A stretch of DNA of 64,000 nt, from positions 1 to 64,000 of the forward strand of contig JAVJQW010000022.1 in the NCBI GenBank assembly GCA_040218735.1. Reading direction: 5' to 3'. Of the stretch, positions 10,436-21,999 are shown piece by piece. Below the pieces are notes generated by a model. It ran no database searches and was not told where the DNA came from. It worked only from the letters and a program-made list of their open reading frames with translations. Both the position numbers and the translations under genes were made by a program. Position 1 is the first letter of the stretch, and each line of letters starts with the position of its first letter. The DNA comes from Deltaproteobacteria bacterium. Lineage in GTDB: Bacteria > Myxococcota > Kuafuiibacteriia > Kuafuiibacteriales > Kuafuiibacteriaceae.

Positions 10436-11008
10436 ATGGCCCAGCTCTTCCCCGAGAGTGCGAACGTCCTCGCCCGCACGACGATCATCCTCGTCGGCGC
10501 CGGCGCTGCGCTCGGCATCGGCATCGCCTACGCGGTGCAGAGCTCTCCGCTCGTGACCCGGCAAGACGTCGCGCGCGCCCAACCGGTACCGTTCAGTCAC
10601 AAACACCACGTCGCGGGCCTCGATCTCGACTGCCGCTACTGCCACGTCTACGTGGAGGAAGGCGCGTCGGCCGGCATACCGCCGACCCACACGTGCATGA
10701 CGTGCCACTCCCAAGTGTGGAACGAGGCGGAGGCTCTTCAGCTCGTCCGCGATAGTTACCGCGAAGAAGTCCCGCTGCGCTGGAACCGCGTCCACGACCT
10801 GCCGGACTTCGTCTACTTCGATCACAGCATCCACATCAGCAAGGGCGTCGAGTGCGAGAGCTGCCACGGCGACGTCGAACAGATGCCGCTCATGTGGAAG
10901 GCCAACACGCTCCAGATGCAGTGGTGTCTCGAGTGCCACCGAAACCCCGCCGAGCGCGCCGACGCCGACGCTCGGCCCAGCGACGATTGCTACGCGTGCC
11001 ACCGATGA
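10436..11008 (+). CDS. actA: Alternative complex III pentaheme cytochrome c subunit ActA
   Basis: Five CxxCH motifs (CRYCH, CMTCH, CESCH, CLECH, CYACH), QPVPFSHKHH and an N-terminal TM helix. Confidence 0.92.
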   Translation: MAQLFPESANVLARTTIILVGAGAALGIGIAYAVQSSPLVTRQDVARAQPVPFSHKHHVAGLDLDCRYCHVYVEEGASAGIPPTHTCMTCHSQVWNEAEALQLVRDSYREEVPLRWNRVHDLPDFVYFDHSIHISKGVECESCHGDVEQMPLMWKANTLQMQWCLECHRNPAERADADARPSDDCYACHR

Positions 11009-13794
11009 AGAAGCCCTACGCCGTCGACGTCGAGATCCTGAAGAACCGGCGTGAGTTCCTGGAGGTCATGGGAGCGACCGTCGGGTTCGCGAGCCTCGCG
11101 GCCTGCGTGAAGCAGCCCGAGGAGCAGATCTACCCGTACGTCCGTGCGCCCGAGTACCTCGTGCCCGGCAAACCCAAGTACTTCGCGACGTCGCTCGCGC
11201 GCAGCGGCGTGGGTCGCCCGGCGCTCGTCGAGTCGCACGACGGTCACCCGACGAAGATCGAAGGGAACGCCGAGCACCCGGCATCCCTCGGCGGGACGGA
11301 CGTCTGGATGCAGGCCGCCATCTACGACCTGTACAACCCGGATCGCTCGCAAGCTACCTTGCGCCAGGGCGCCCCCAGCACTTGGAAGCGATTCGGCGAG
11401 GAGGTGCTGCCGCGCTTCAGCGCCTCGCTCGAAGGCTCGGGCTGCGCGATCCTCACCGGCGCCGTCACGTCCCCGACGCTCGCCGCTCAGCTCGATCGCC
11501 TGAAGAAGACGCACCCCAAGCTGCGCTGGTACCAGTGGGAGTCCGCGCACCTCGACGAGCGCTTCCGCGCCACGCAGGCCGCCTACGGACGCGCGCTCGA
11601 CGTGGTCTACGATTTCGAGTCCGCCGACGTCGTCGTCGCGTTCGACGCCGACCCGCTCTTCGTGGACGCGGGCAGCCTCGTGTACGCCCGGCAGGCCGCC
11701 CGACGTCGGCGTGACGCCGACGGGTTCACGCGGTGGTACGTCGTCGAGCCGTCGCCGACGCCCACCGGGACCTTCGCCGACCACCGCTTCCGCGCGCGTC
11801 GTGCGGACGTCGGCGCGTGGGTCACGGAGCTCGCTGCCGCGCTCGGCCTCCAGGAAGGTGAAACACGCGCCGCCGTGCAGGCGATGGCCAATGACCTGAA
11901 GGCCGCCGGCAAGAAGGGGGTTGTCGTGGTCGGGCCGACGCAGCCCGCCGACGTGCAGGCGCTCGCGTTCCGGATCAACGAGCACCTCGGCGCGCGCGGC
12001 ACGACGTTCAAGACGATCGAGCCGGTGGTTGCGAGCCCCGTCGACCACACCGAGGAGCTGCGCGCGCTCGTGAAGTCGATCGAAGCGGGTGAGACAAAAA
12101 CGATCCTCGTGCTCGGCAAGAACCCGGTGTTCGACGCGCCGGCCGACCTCGACTTCGCCGCGGCGTACGACAAGGTGCCGCTGCGCGTGCACGTCGGCGC
12201 GTTCGTCGACGAGACGGCGCACCGTTCCCACTGGCACCTCCCCGCGCGGCACGCGCTCGAGTCGTGGTCGGACACCAAGACCTTCGACGGCACGGTGAGC
12301 CTCGTCCAACCGCTCCTCAGACCTCTGTACGGCGGGCACTCCGCGCACGAGCTCATCGAGCTCATCGCCGGGCGCGCCGGGCGTCGTGAGTACGCGATCG
12401 TCCGCGAGCACTACGAGGCGCAGTGGGGCGCCGCCCTCGAATCAAGATGGCGCCGCGCGCTCCACGATGGGTTCGTCGCAAACACACAACACGCGGAGGT
12501 CACGACCGCACCGAAGGTGGTCGACGTGAAGCCGCGCGCCGTCGATGGTTTGGAGCTGACGTTCGAGATCGACGGAACCGTCTGGGACGGCAGCTACGCC
12601 GACAACCCGTGGCTCCAGGAGCTCCCCAAACCCATCACGAAGCTCACCTGGGACAACGCGGCGCTCGTCAGCCCGGCGACCGCGGGGAAGCTGGGCGTCG
12701 AGACGGACGACGTCGTCGAGATCGAAGTCGAGGGGCGCAAGGTCGACGCCGCCGTGTTCGTGCTCCCCGGGCAGGCCGAGGACTCCCTCGCGCTGTCCCT
12801 CGGCAACGGGCGACGCCGCGGGAGCCGCGTCGGTCGCGGCGTGGGTTTCGACGCCCAGCGCGCGCGGCCGTCCGACAAAGCCTGGTTCACCCCCGCGAAG
12901 GTGCGATCGATCGACCGCGTCTACACGTTGGTCACCACGCAGGATCACCACCGGATGGAGGGTCGTAACCTCGTGCGCGAGGCGACGCTCGCTGCGTTCG
13001 CGAGCGACGACCAGTTCGCCAAACGTCCGGACGCGAAGGTCGCGAAGCTCTCGCTGTACCCCGAGCACCCGCGCGAGGGTGAGCAGTGGGGACTCACGGT
13101 CAACCTCAACGCCTGCAACGGCTGCAACGCCTGTGTCGTCGCGTGCCAGTCGGAGAACAACATCCCCGTCGTCGGCAAGGAGCAGGTGGCGAACGGCCGC
13201 GAGATGCACTGGATTCGCATCGACAGCTACTTCGAGGGTGACGAGACCGTGCACAACCAGCCGGTCACCTGCATGCACTGTGAAAACGCGCCGTGTGAGG
13301 TCGTCTGCCCCGCGAACGCGACGGTGCACTCCCCGTCCGGCATCAACGAGATGGTCTACAACCGCTGCATCGGCACGCGGTACTGCTCGAACAACTGCCC
13401 GTACAAGGTGCGTCGCTTCAACTTCCTGCTCTATCAGGACTGGGAGACACCGAGCCTCGAACCCATGCGCAACCCGGACGTCAGCGTCCGCAGCCGCGGC
13501 GTGATGGAGAAGTGTACGTTCTGCATTCAGCGCATCCAGGCCGCGCGGATCACGGCACGTAAGGAAGACCGTGAGGTGCGTGACGGTGAGATCGTGACCG
13601 CCTGCCAGGGCGCGTGCCCGGCGGAGGCCATCAGCTTCGGCGACATCGCGGATCCAGAATCGAAGGTGAGCAAGGCAAAGGCGGACGCACGTGACTACGT
13701 GCTGCTTCACGAGCTCAACGCAAAACCGCGGGTGAGTTACACCGCGAAACTCACCAACCCGAACCCGGCGATCGACGAGAAGGTGAAGGGATGA
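11005..13794 (+). CDS. actB: ACIII subunit ActB (molybdopterin oxidoreductase-like plus Fe-S domain)
   Basis: Tat-like RREFL, PTKIEGN; Fe-S motifs [32 protein letters not shown] and CTFC. ATGA overlap with actA. Confidence 0.93.
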   Translation: MKKPYAVDVEILKNRREFLEVMGATVGFASLAACVKQPEEQIYPYVRAPEYLVPGKPKYFATSLARSGVGRPALVESHDGHPTKIEGNAEHPASLGGTDVWMQAAIYDLYNPDRSQATLRQGAPSTWKRFGEEVLPRFSASLEGSGCAILTGAVTSPTLAAQLDRLKKTHPKLRWYQWESAHLDERFRATQAAYGRALDVVYDFESADVVVAFDADPLFVDAGSLVYARQAARRRRDADGFTRWYVVEPSPTPTGTFADHRFRARRADVGAWVTELAAALGLQEGETRAAVQAMANDLKAAGKKGVVVVGPTQPADVQALAFRINEHLGARGTTFKTIEPVVASPVDHTEELRALVKSIEAGETKTILVLGKNPVFDAPADLDFAAAYDKVPLRVHVGAFVDETAHRSHWHLPARHALESWSDTKTFDGTVSLVQPLLRPLYGGHSAHELIELIAGRAGRREYAIVREHYEAQWGAALESRWRRALHDGFVANTQHAEVTTAPKVVDVKPRAVDGLELTFEIDGTVWDGSYADNPWLQELPKPITKLTWDNAALVSPATAGKLGVETDDVVEIEVEGRKVDAAVFVLPGQAEDSLALSLGNGRRRGSRVGRGVGFDAQRARPSDKAWFTPAKVRSIDRVYTLVTTQDHHRMEGRNLVREATLAAFASDDQFAKRPDAKVAKLSLYPEHPREGEQWGLTVNLNACNGCNACVVACQSENNIPVVGKEQVANGREMHWIRIDSYFEGDETVHNQPVTCMHCENAPCEVVCPANATVHSPSGINEMVYNRCIGTRYCSNNCPYKVRRFNFLLYQDWETPSLEPMRNPDVSVRSRGVMEKCTFCIQRIQAARITARKEDREVRDGEIVTACQGACPAEAISFGDIADPESKVSKAKADARDYVLLHELNAKPRVSYTAKLTNPNPAIDEKVKG

Positions 13795-15167
13795 CGGAGA
13801 AGATCGTCGTCGATCGCGAATTCGTCGCGCCCGCCCCCGTCGTCGGTGCCCAGGAGACGTACCGAAGCGTCGGCGAGCGCGTCGGCGGCGTCGTCCTCAC
13901 GCGCAAGCTCGACAAGCGATGGTTGTTGGGCCTCGCCGTCGCGTTCGGCCTCCTCCAGGTGTTCTTCTTCTCGATCGCGTGGCTCCTGGCCCACGGCACC
14001 GGCGTGTGGGGCCTCAACGTGCCCGTGGGTTGGGGCTTCGCGATCATCAACTTCGTCTGGTGGGTCGGCATCGGGCACGCCGGCACGCTGATCTCCGCGA
14101 TCCTGCTGTTGCTCCAGCAGCAGTGGCGCATGGCCATCGCTCGCTTCGCGGAGGCCATGACGCTCTTCGCGGTCGCGTGCGCCGGACTGTTCCCCATCCT
14201 CCACACCGGCCGCCCGTGGCTCGCGTACTGGCTCATCCCGTACCCGAACACGATGGACATGTGGCCGAACTTCCGGAGCCCGCTGCTCTGGGACATCTTC
14301 GCGATCTCCACCTACGCGACGGTCTCGCTCCTGTTCTGGTTCGTGGGGCTCGTGCCGGACCTCGCGACGCTCCGCGACACCGCGAAGCACAAGTGGGCGC
14401 GGTACTTCTACGGGATCCTCGCGATGGGTTGGCGCGGGTCCGCGCGCCACTGGCAACGTTACGAGGTCGCCTCACTCCTCCTCGCCGGGTTGGCGACGCC
14501 CCTCGTCGTCTCGGTGCACACGATCGTCAGCCTCGACTTCGCGGTGTCGATCGTCCCCGGCTGGCACACGACGGTCTTCCCGCCCTACTTCGTCGCCGGC
14601 GCGGTCTACTCGGGTTTCGCGATGGTACTCACCCTCGTGATACCGGTTCGTAAGTACTACAAGCTCGAGAACATCATCACCGACCGCCACATCCAGAACA
14701 TGGCGAAGGTGATGCTCGCGACCGGACTCATCGTCGCCTACGGCTACGGCATGGAAGTCTTCGTCGCCTGGTACAGCGGCGTCGAGTTCGAGATGTACAT
14801 GATCGAGAACCGGATGGGCGGCGTCTACGCGCCGTTCTACTGGGCGCTCATCTTCTGCAACGTGCTGACCCCGCAGCTCCTCTGGTTCAAGAAGATCCGC
14901 ACCAACCTCGTCATACTCTTCGTCATCACCCTCGTCGTGAACGTGGGGATGTGGCTGGAGCGCTTCGTCATCGTCGTGACGAGCCTGCACCGTGACTTCC
15001 TGCCGTCGTCCTGGGACGTGTACTCCGGATCCAAGTGGGACTGGAGCCTTTACATCGGGTCGTTCGGTCTCTTCTTCACGCTCATGTTCATCTTCATCCG
15101 CGTCCTCCCGATGATTTCGATCTTCGAGGTCAAGACGCTCGTGAAGTCCGGGGAGGAGACGCCGTGA
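13791..15167 (+). CDS. actC: ACIII subunit ActC (NrfD/PsrC family)
   Basis: NFVWWVGIGHAGTLISA, RFAEAMT and PPYFVAGA; polytopic membrane protein. Confidence 0.93.
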   Translation: MTEKIVVDREFVAPAPVVGAQETYRSVGERVGGVVLTRKLDKRWLLGLAVAFGLLQVFFFSIAWLLAHGTGVWGLNVPVGWGFAIINFVWWVGIGHAGTLISAILLLLQQQWRMAIARFAEAMTLFAVACAGLFPILHTGRPWLAYWLIPYPNTMDMWPNFRSPLLWDIFAISTYATVSLLFWFVGLVPDLATLRDTAKHKWARYFYGILAMGWRGSARHWQRYEVASLLLAGLATPLVVSVHTIVSLDFAVSIVPGWHTTVFPPYFVAGAVYSGFAMVLTLVIPVRKYYKLENIITDRHIQNMAKVMLATGLIVAYGYGMEVFVAWYSGVEFEMYMIENRMGGVYAPFYWALIFCNVLTPQLLWFKKIRTNLVILFVITLVVNVGMWLERFVIVVTSLHRDFLPSSWDVYSGSKWDWSLYIGSFGLFFTLMFIFIRVLPMISIFEVKTLVKSGEETP

Positions 15168-15685
15168 CGGCCTACGGAGTCCTCGCCGAGTTCGAAACCC
15201 AGGAGCGCCTCCTCGAGGTCGCCGAGCAGGCCTACGCCGCCGGCTTCCGGAGCATGGACGCCTACTCACCCATCCCGGTGCACGGTCTCTCCGAAGCCCT
15301 CGGCCAGCCGGACACGAAGCTCCCCTGGGCGGTGTTCGCGGGGGGCCTGTTCGGCGGGTCCGGTGGGTACCTGCTGCAGTGGTGGACCAGCGCGGTCGAC
15401 TACCCACTCAACATCGGCGGACGGCCCCTGCACAGCTGGCCGTCGTTCATCCCGGTCACGTTCGAGTTGATCATCCTGTGCGCCGCGTTCGCCGCGGTGT
15501 TCGGGCTCTTCATCGCGAGCCGCCTGCCGAAGCCACACCACCCACTGTTCGCGATCGAAGGTTTCGAGCGGGCCACGCAGGACCGCTTCTACCTGTGCAT
15601 CGAATCCGACGACGCCAAGTACGCCGACGCACGCGCGTTCCTCGAGTCCCTGAAACCCACCGAGGTCTGGGAGGTGGCGTCGTGA
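15164..15685 (+). CDS. actD: ACIII subunit ActD (DUF3341)
   Basis: DAYSPIPVHGL, YPLNIGGRP and FIPVTFEL. GTGA coupling to actC. Confidence 0.9.
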   Translation: MTAYGVLAEFETQERLLEVAEQAYAAGFRSMDAYSPIPVHGLSEALGQPDTKLPWAVFAGGLFGGSGGYLLQWWTSAVDYPLNIGGRPLHSWPSFIPVTFELIILCAAFAAVFGLFIASRLPKPHHPLFAIEGFERATQDRFYLCIESDDAKYADARAFLESLKPTEVWEVAS

Positions 15686-16203
15686 GATACGTCCTCCTCT
15701 TCACGCTGCTGGTCGCCGCGGGGTGCCGCCTCGACATGCAGGACCAGCCTCGCCACGAGCCCTACGAGCTCCGCGAGCTGCTCCCGATGACGGACGCCGC
15801 GCGGCAGCCGCCGGAGGGCACCGTCGCGCGCGGCGACCTCGTCGCGACCTCGACGGTCGTGCCGCGCACCGCCGCGCTGCTGCAGCGCGGCCGCGAGCGC
15901 TACGACATCTACTGCTCGCCCTGCCACGACTACGTCGGCACGGGGAACGGCCTCGTCGTGCAGCGCGGCTTCCCCGAGCCGCCGAGCTTTCACACGGATC
16001 GCCTCCGCAAGATCGACGACGCGTACCTCTACGGGGTCATCACGAAGGGCTACGGCAAGATGTACGACTACAAGGCGTCGGTCCGCCCGTCGGACCGCTG
16101 GGCGATCGTCGCCTACATCCGCGCGCTCCAGCGCAGCCAGAACGCCCGCATCGACGACGTCCCCGCCGCCGAGCGCGAGGCGTTGACGGGAGGTGGATCG
16201 TGA
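15682..16203 (+). CDS. actE: ACIII monoheme cytochrome c lipoprotein ActE
   Basis: Lipobox AAGC, MQDQP, PPEGTVARG, heme motif CSPCH and DRWAIVAYIRALQ. Confidence 0.9.
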   Translation: MRYVLLFTLLVAAGCRLDMQDQPRHEPYELRELLPMTDAARQPPEGTVARGDLVATSTVVPRTAALLQRGRERYDIYCSPCHDYVGTGNGLVVQRGFPEPPSFHTDRLRKIDDAYLYGVITKGYGKMYDYKASVRPSDRWAIVAYIRALQRSQNARIDDVPAAEREALTGGGS

Positions 16204-17318
16204 ACCTCGGTCGCGTCCGCGCCATCGCCGGGGGCGCCGCCGGGTTGGGCCTGGTGGGGACACTCATCGGTGCCTTCACCGGTGAAGCGTCGATCTGGCC
16301 GTCGTACCTGCTCGCGTTCCTCTTCTGCTGGGGACTGGCGAGCGGGGCCGTCGCCCTGCTCCTCTTGCACCAACTCACCGCCGGCGGGTGGGGGTTCTTG
16401 ATTCAGCGTCCGCTGGAGGCGGCGGCGAAGACGATGCCGCTCGTGCTCCTGATGTTCGTGCCCGTCCTCGTGGGGATGCACGACCTCTACCACTGGACCC
16501 ACGCCGAAGCGGTCGCGGCGGACCCCCTCCTCCAGCACAAGGCGCCGTACCTGAACACGCCGTTCTTCATCGGGCGCGCGGCGTTCTACTTCGTGGTGTG
16601 GATGGGCCTCACCTTCGCGTTGGTGAAGTGGTCCAGCAAACCTTCCCGGCTGCAGAAGATCTCGGGCATCGGGCTCGTCATCTGGGTCCTCACCACGACG
16701 TTCGCCGCGTTCGACTGGGCGATGTCCCTCGACCCGCACTGGTTCTCGACGATCTATGGCCTGCTCTTCGTCGTCGGCCAGGGGCTGGGCACGCTCGCCT
16801 TCGCGATCGCCGTGCTCTTCCTGCTCCGCGGCACGGACATCGACGCGCTGCTGAACACAAAACGAACTCATGACCTGGGTAAGTTGCTGTTCGCCTTCGT
16901 GATGCTGTGGGGCTACATGAACCTCTCGCAGTTCATCATCATCTGGTACGGCAACCTCCCGGAGGAGATCGTCTGGTACGTGCACCGAACCGAGCACGGG
17001 TACCAAGGCCTCACGCTCGCGGTCGTCTTCCTGCAGTTCGTGATCCCGTTCTTCGCGCTCCTGTCGCGGAGACCGAAGCGTCGCCTCGGCGTGCTCGCCT
17101 CGATCGCGCTCGCGATCCTGTTCGTGCGCCTGGTCGATCTGTTCTGGCTCGTGATGCCCGGCGGCCTGCGGCCGGAGGCCGGCGTGACCATCGCCGACAT
17201 CAGCGCGCCGATGATGCTCGCCGGGATCTGGCTGCTCGCGTTCACGTTCCTGCTCGGCCAGCGCCCGCTCCTCAACCGCGAAGACCCCCGTCTCGAGGAG
17301 GTGCTCCATGCCCACTGA
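16200..17318 (+). CDS. actF: ACIII membrane subunit ActF
   Basis: DWAMSLDPHWFSTIYG, DLGKLLFAF and QFIIIWYGNLPEE. Confidence 0.9.
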   Translation: MNLGRVRAIAGGAAGLGLVGTLIGAFTGEASIWPSYLLAFLFCWGLASGAVALLLLHQLTAGGWGFLIQRPLEAAAKTMPLVLLMFVPVLVGMHDLYHWTHAEAVAADPLLQHKAPYLNTPFFIGRAAFYFVVWMGLTFALVKWSSKPSRLQKISGIGLVIWVLTTTFAAFDWAMSLDPHWFSTIYGLLFVVGQGLGTLAFAIAVLFLLRGTDIDALLNTKRTHDLGKLLFAFVMLWGYMNLSQFIIIWYGNLPEEIVWYVHRTEHGYQGLTLAVVFLQFVIPFFALLSRRPKRRLGVLASIALAILFVRLVDLFWLVMPGGLRPEAGVTIADISAPMMLAGIWLLAFTFLLGQRPLLNREDPRLEEVLHAH

Positions 17319-17661
17319 TCGCGCATCGACGTACGAACACTCCGACGCACGCGTACGACCGCTCGTGTACACGGGGCTGGGCCTCGTGGTGCTCTGTGCG
17401 ATCGGCTTCGTCGGCGCGTCCATCGTGACGGGCCTTTTCGAGCGCCGCACGAACGCGGAGTTCGAAGACGCGTCTCCGCTCTTCGTGCGCGACGTCCCGA
17501 AGGACGCTCCGCTCCTCACCGACGAACCCGCGTTCGCCGCGCAGTTCGTCGCGGAGCAGGAGAAACGCCTGAGTCGGTACGGCTGGATCGACGAGCCGAA
17601 CGGCGTCGTGCACCTCCCCATCGAACGCGCGATGGAGCTGATCGTGGAGGAGTCGAAATGA
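17308..17661 (+). CDS. Small single-TM ACIII-associated protein (ActG-like)
   Basis: One TM helix and the motif YGWID...VHLPIERAM; position between actF and the SCO gene. Confidence 0.7.
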   Translation: MPTDRASTYEHSDARVRPLVYTGLGLVVLCAIGFVGASIVTGLFERRTNAEFEDASPLFVRDVPKDAPLLTDEPAFAAQFVAEQEKRLSRYGWIDEPNGVVHLPIERAMELIVEESK

Positions 17662-18476
17662 TGCGCGCCGCACTCATCACGCTCCTCGTCGCCGCACCTT
17701 CGATCTCGGCGGCACAGGGGACGTACCTGCCGGAGTCGCTGAAGAAGGTCGGCATCGAACAACGCCTCGGTGAGGACGTGCCGCGCGACCTCGTCTTCCA
17801 GAACCACCTCGGCGAGACGGTGACCCTCGGCGACCTCGAGACCGGGCGCCCGGTCCTCCTCACGCTCGTCTACTACGAGTGCCCGATGCTCTGCACGATG
17901 GTGCTCAACGGGACGCTGCGCGCCCTGAACGTCCTCGAGCTCGACGTCGGCGAAGACTTCGACGTCCTGACCGTGAGCATCGACCCCCGTGAGACGCCGC
18001 AGCTCGCCGAGAAGAAGCGCGACAAATACCTCGGTAAGTATCGGCGCCCCACCGCGCCGAACGGGTGGCAGTTCCTGGTCGGCGACGAGGCTAACGTGAA
18101 GGCGCTTGCCGACGCGGTCGGCTTTCACTACGCCTGGGACGAGCGCACGAAACAATTCGCGCACGCGTCGGGGATCATGATCCTGACACCCGACGGCAAG
18201 ATCTCGAAGTACCTGTACGGCGTCGACTACGACCCGCGGGCGCTGCGTCTGTCACTCGTCGAGGCGAGCGGCGGCACCGTGGGTTCCGTGTCGGACGCCG
18301 TGCTCCTCTACTGTTTCCAGTACGACCCGTCGACGGGTCAGTACAGCCTCGCGATCATGAACCTCCTGCGAGCCGGCGCCGTCTTCACGATGTTGGTGCT
18401 CGCGGTGGTCATCGGGGGCTTCCTCATCCGCGAGCGCCGTACGCGGCGCTCGGAAACGGCGGTCGTGACGTCGTGA
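17658..18476 (+). CDS. SCO/SenC family copper chaperone
   Basis: YYECPMLC (CxxxC), VSIDPRET and FAHASG. Confidence 0.9.
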   Translation: MMRAALITLLVAAPSISAAQGTYLPESLKKVGIEQRLGEDVPRDLVFQNHLGETVTLGDLETGRPVLLTLVYYECPMLCTMVLNGTLRALNVLELDVGEDFDVLTVSIDPRETPQLAEKKRDKYLGKYRRPTAPNGWQFLVGDEANVKALADAVGFHYAWDERTKQFAHASGIMILTPDGKISKYLYGVDYDPRALRLSLVEASGGTVGSVSDAVLLYCFQYDPSTGQYSLAIMNLLRAGAVFTMLVLAVVIGGFLIRERRTRRSETAVVTS

Positions 18477-19423
18477 GACCCGAGCTACAATTCTTCCCCC
18501 CGGCGGCCTCGACGCTCGCCAACGACGTGGACCTCCTGTTCTGGTTCTTCGTCGTCGTCTGCGGGTTCTTCGGCCTGCTGGTCTTCGGCCTGCTCGCGCT
18601 GTTCTCGGCGCGTTATCGCGCGAAGGCGCAGCGTTACGACCCGAACCACGCTCAGCCGCTGTGGTTGGAGATCGGGTGGGCGCTCCCGCCGCTCGCCGTC
18701 GTCGCCGTCCTGTTCGTGTGGGGCGCGAAGGTCTACGTCGAGGCCTACACCCCGCCCTCCGAGGCTTTGGAGATCTTCGTCACCGGTAAACAGTGGATGT
18801 GGAAGATCCAGCACCCGAACGGGAAGAAGGAGATCAACGCGCTCCACGTGCCCCTCGGGCGCGCGGTGAAACTCACGATGACCTCCGAGGATGTCATCCA
18901 CAGCTTCTACGTCCCGGCGTTTCGCCTGAAGCGCGACGTCCTGCCGGGTAAGTACACGTCGATGTGGTTCGAGGCGACGCAGACCGGTGACTACCACCTG
19001 TTCTGCGCCGAATACTGCGGCACCGACCACTCACGAATGATCGGCCGCGTGACCGTGATGTCCCAGGCCGACTACGAGGCGTGGCTCGGCGGCGGTGAAC
19101 AGCTGCTCTCGCTCGAGGAGCGCGGTCAGAGGTTGTTCAACCAGCGCGCCTGCGTGACTTGTCACAACGGCCTCCCCGAGGCGTCGGGCCCCGATCTGGT
19201 GGGTCTCTTCGGGAGCGAGCGGAGGCTCAGCAACGGTGAGACCGTAACGGCCGACGTCGACTACCTGCGCGAGTCGATCCTCTACCCGACCAAGAAGATC
19301 GCCGTCGGATACGCGCCCGTGATGCCGACCTTCGCGGGGCAGCTTTCGGAGGAGCAGATCACGGCGCTCATCGAGTACATGCGCACGCTGAAGGCCCCGG
19401 AGGCCGAAGGAGCCACGCCGTGA
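18473..19423 (+). CDS. coxB: Cytochrome c oxidase subunit II with fused cytochrome c (caa3 type)
   Basis: DVIHSF, CuA site [12 protein letters not shown] and C-terminal CVTCH. Confidence 0.95.
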   Translation: MRPELQFFPPAASTLANDVDLLFWFFVVVCGFFGLLVFGLLALFSARYRAKAQRYDPNHAQPLWLEIGWALPPLAVVAVLFVWGAKVYVEAYTPPSEALEIFVTGKQWMWKIQHPNGKKEINALHVPLGRAVKLTMTSEDVIHSFYVPAFRLKRDVLPGKYTSMWFEATQTGDYHLFCAEYCGTDHSRMIGRVTVMSQADYEAWLGGGEQLLSLEERGQRLFNQRACVTCHNGLPEASGPDLVGLFGSERRLSNGETVTADVDYLRESILYPTKKIAVGYAPVMPTFAGQLSEEQITALIEYMRTLKAPEAEGATP

Positions 19424-21054
19424 TCGAAGCGAACCCCGCGAGCAACTACCTCGGCGCCGCCCACGGGCTCCGCTCCTGGCTCCTGACGCGCGACCACAAA
19501 CGCATCGGCGTCCTGTACCTGCTGGGCGTCACGTTCTTCTTCTTCATCGGCGGCGCGTTCGCGGTGCTGATGCGGTTCGAGCTCGCGACCCCCGAGGCCG
19601 ACCTCGTCGCGTCCGACACCTACAACCGGCTCTTCTCCATGCACGGGATCGTGATGACGTTCCTGTTCCTGGTCCCGTCGATTCCGGCCTCGCTCGGAAA
19701 CTTCCTGCTGCCGCTGATGCTCGGCGCGCGCGACCTCGCGTTCCCGAAGCTCAACCTTCTGTCCTGGTACGTGTTCATGGTCGGCGGTCTGTTCACGGTC
19801 GCCGCCGCGGCGTTCGGCGGGGTGGACACCGGCTGGACGTTCTACACGCCGTACTCGAGCACCTACGCGAACAGCAACGTGATGCTCGCGGCGGTCGGCG
19901 TGTTCATCACCGGGTTCTCGTCGATCCTCACCGGCGTCAACTTCATCGTCACCATCCACAAGATGCGCGCGCCGGGGCTCACCTGGTTCCGGCTCCCGCT
20001 CTTCGTCTGGGCGCACTACGCGACGAGCCTGATCATGGTGCTGGGTACGCCGGTCCTCGCGATCACGTTGCTGCTCGTCGCGGTGGAGCGCCTCCTCGGG
20101 GTGGGTATCTTCGACCCGAGCCTCGGCGGCGATCCCATCCTGTTCCAGCACCTGTTCTGGTTCTACTCGCACCCGGCGGTCTACATCATGGTGCTCCCGG
20201 GCATGGGCGTGATCAGCGAGATCATCACTTGCTTCGCCCGCAAACCCATCTTCGGCTACAAGTTCATCGCGTTCTCGAGCATGGCGATCGCGGTGCTGGG
20301 TTTCCTGGTCTGGGGTCACCACATGTTCGTGAGCGGGCAGTCGGTCTACGCCGGCGTCGCGTTCTCGATGCTGACGATGGCCGTCTCGGTGCCGTCGGCG
20401 ATCAAGGTGTTCAACTGGCTCGCGACGATGTTCCGCGGCTCGATCGTTTTCGACTCACCGATGATCTACGCGCTCGGCTTCATCGGGCTGTTCACGATCG
20501 GCGGGCTCACCGGGGTCTTCCTCGGGACGCTCGGCCTCGACCTGCACGTCCACGACACGTACTTCGTGGTCGCGCACTTCCACTTCATCATGGTCGGCGC
20601 CACCGTCATGGCCTACCTCGCGGCCATTCACTTCTGGTGGCCGAAGATCTTCGGTCGAACGTTCCCCGAGAACTGGGCCAAGTTCGCCGCGCTCATGGTG
20701 TTCGCGGGCTTCATCCTCGCGTTTTTCCCGCAGTTCGTCCTGGGTTACCTCGGGATGCCGCGGCGCTATCACATCTATCCCGATGAGTTTCAGATGCTCA
20801 ACGTGCTCTCTTCGGCGGGCGCTTCGATCCTCGGTGTCGGTTATCTCATCCCGATGGTCTATCTCTTGGGATCGTTGAGGATCGGCAAGAAGGCGGCGGC
20901 GAACCCATGGGGCGCCAAGGGCCTCGAGTGGAAGACGACCTCACCGCCGCCCGTCGAGAACTTCGAGACTCCGCCGACGGTGGAGGGTGACGTGTACGAA
21001 TACAAGAACCCGCACGTGGTGCGGCCGCCGGAGGTGACCCTTGCACGCGGCTGA
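19420..21054 (+). CDS. ctaD: Cytochrome c oxidase subunit I (A2 type)
   Basis: [17 protein letters not shown] (YS motif), WGHHMF and [11 protein letters not shown]. Confidence 0.96.
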   Translation: MIEANPASNYLGAAHGLRSWLLTRDHKRIGVLYLLGVTFFFFIGGAFAVLMRFELATPEADLVASDTYNRLFSMHGIVMTFLFLVPSIPASLGNFLLPLMLGARDLAFPKLNLLSWYVFMVGGLFTVAAAAFGGVDTGWTFYTPYSSTYANSNVMLAAVGVFITGFSSILTGVNFIVTIHKMRAPGLTWFRLPLFVWAHYATSLIMVLGTPVLAITLLLVAVERLLGVGIFDPSLGGDPILFQHLFWFYSHPAVYIMVLPGMGVISEIITCFARKPIFGYKFIAFSSMAIAVLGFLVWGHHMFVSGQSVYAGVAFSMLTMAVSVPSAIKVFNWLATMFRGSIVFDSPMIYALGFIGLFTIGGLTGVFLGTLGLDLHVHDTYFVVAHFHFIMVGATVMAYLAAIHFWWPKIFGRTFPENWAKFAALMVFAGFILAFFPQFVLGYLGMPRRYHIYPDEFQMLNVLSSAGASILGVGYLIPMVYLLGSLRIGKKAAANPWGAKGLEWKTTSPPPVENFETPPTVEGDVYEYKNPHVVRPPEVTLARG

Positions 21055-21685
21055 CGCACAGCTCGACCACCACTTCGACGACATCCACCAGCAGCGCGAG
21101 GCCGCAGGCCTCGGCATGTGGCTGTTCCTCGCGCAGGAGGTCATGTTCTTCGGTGGGCTCTTCGGGGCCTACACGATCTATCGGCTACTCGACTACGCGG
21201 CGTTCCAGGAGGCGAGCCATCACCTCGACGTGACGATCGGCGCGGTCAACACGGCGGTGCTCATCGGCTCCAGTCTGACCATGGCCCTCGCGGTCCGCGC
21301 CGGACAGCTCGGGAACAACCGCGGCGTCAGCATCTTCGTGCTCCTCACGATGCTGCTCGGCGCCGTGTTCCTCGGCGTGAAGGGCATCGAGTACTCCGAC
21401 AAGTGGCACCACGGGCTCATCCCCGGGTTGCACTTCACCGCCGAGACCGTCGCCGGGCGCGGCGTGGAGTTGTTCTTCGTCTTCTACTTCGTGATGACCG
21501 GGATGCACGCGCTGCACATGGTCATCGGGGTGGGTTTGATGCTGTGGGTTCTGCGCATGGCGGCGCAGAAGCGATTCACCCCCGAGCGTCACGCGTGGGT
21601 CGAGAACCTCGGCCTGTACTGGCACTTCGTAGACATCGTGTGGATCTTCCTCTTCCCGCTGCTCTACCTGATCGGGAGGCACTGA
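21041..21685 (+). CDS. coxC: Cytochrome c oxidase subunit III
   Basis: [22 protein letters not shown] and [11 protein letters not shown]. Confidence 0.94.
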   Translation: MHAADAQLDHHFDDIHQQREAAGLGMWLFLAQEVMFFGGLFGAYTIYRLLDYAAFQEASHHLDVTIGAVNTAVLIGSSLTMALAVRAGQLGNNRGVSIFVLLTMLLGAVFLGVKGIEYSDKWHHGLIPGLHFTAETVAGRGVELFFVFYFVMTGMHALHMVIGVGLMLWVLRMAAQKRFTPERHAWVENLGLYWHFVDIVWIFLFPLLYLIGRH

Positions 21686-21687
21686 CG

Positions 21688-21999
21688 ATGCAGACCGACA
21701 GCGGCGTCCACGTCTCCTCCTACGGCTTCTCGTTCCTGATCTTCGCCGTGCTCCTCGTACTCACGGGCGTCACGGTCGGCGTCGCCTACGTCGATCTGGG
21801 CTGGATCAACACCCCCCTCGCGCTGTTGATCGCGGGGGTGAAGGCGGGCGTCGTCCTCGCCTACTTCATGCACTTGAAGTGGAGCACGAACCTCACCGTG
21901 CTCGTCGCGATCATCGGCCTGCTCTGGTTCATCATCCTCGTCGCGTTCACGGTCGCCGACTATATGTCACGCGTCCCCGTTCAGGGGTGGCTGGGCTGA
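21688..21999 (+). CDS. Cytochrome c oxidase subunit IV
   Basis: Three TM helices, KAGVVLAYFMHLKW; ATG 2 nt after the coxC stop. Confidence 0.88.
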   Translation: MQTDSGVHVSSYGFSFLIFAVLLVLTGVTVGVAYVDLGWINTPLALLIAGVKAGVVLAYFMHLKWSTNLTVLVAIIGLLWFIILVAFTVADYMSRVPVQGWLG

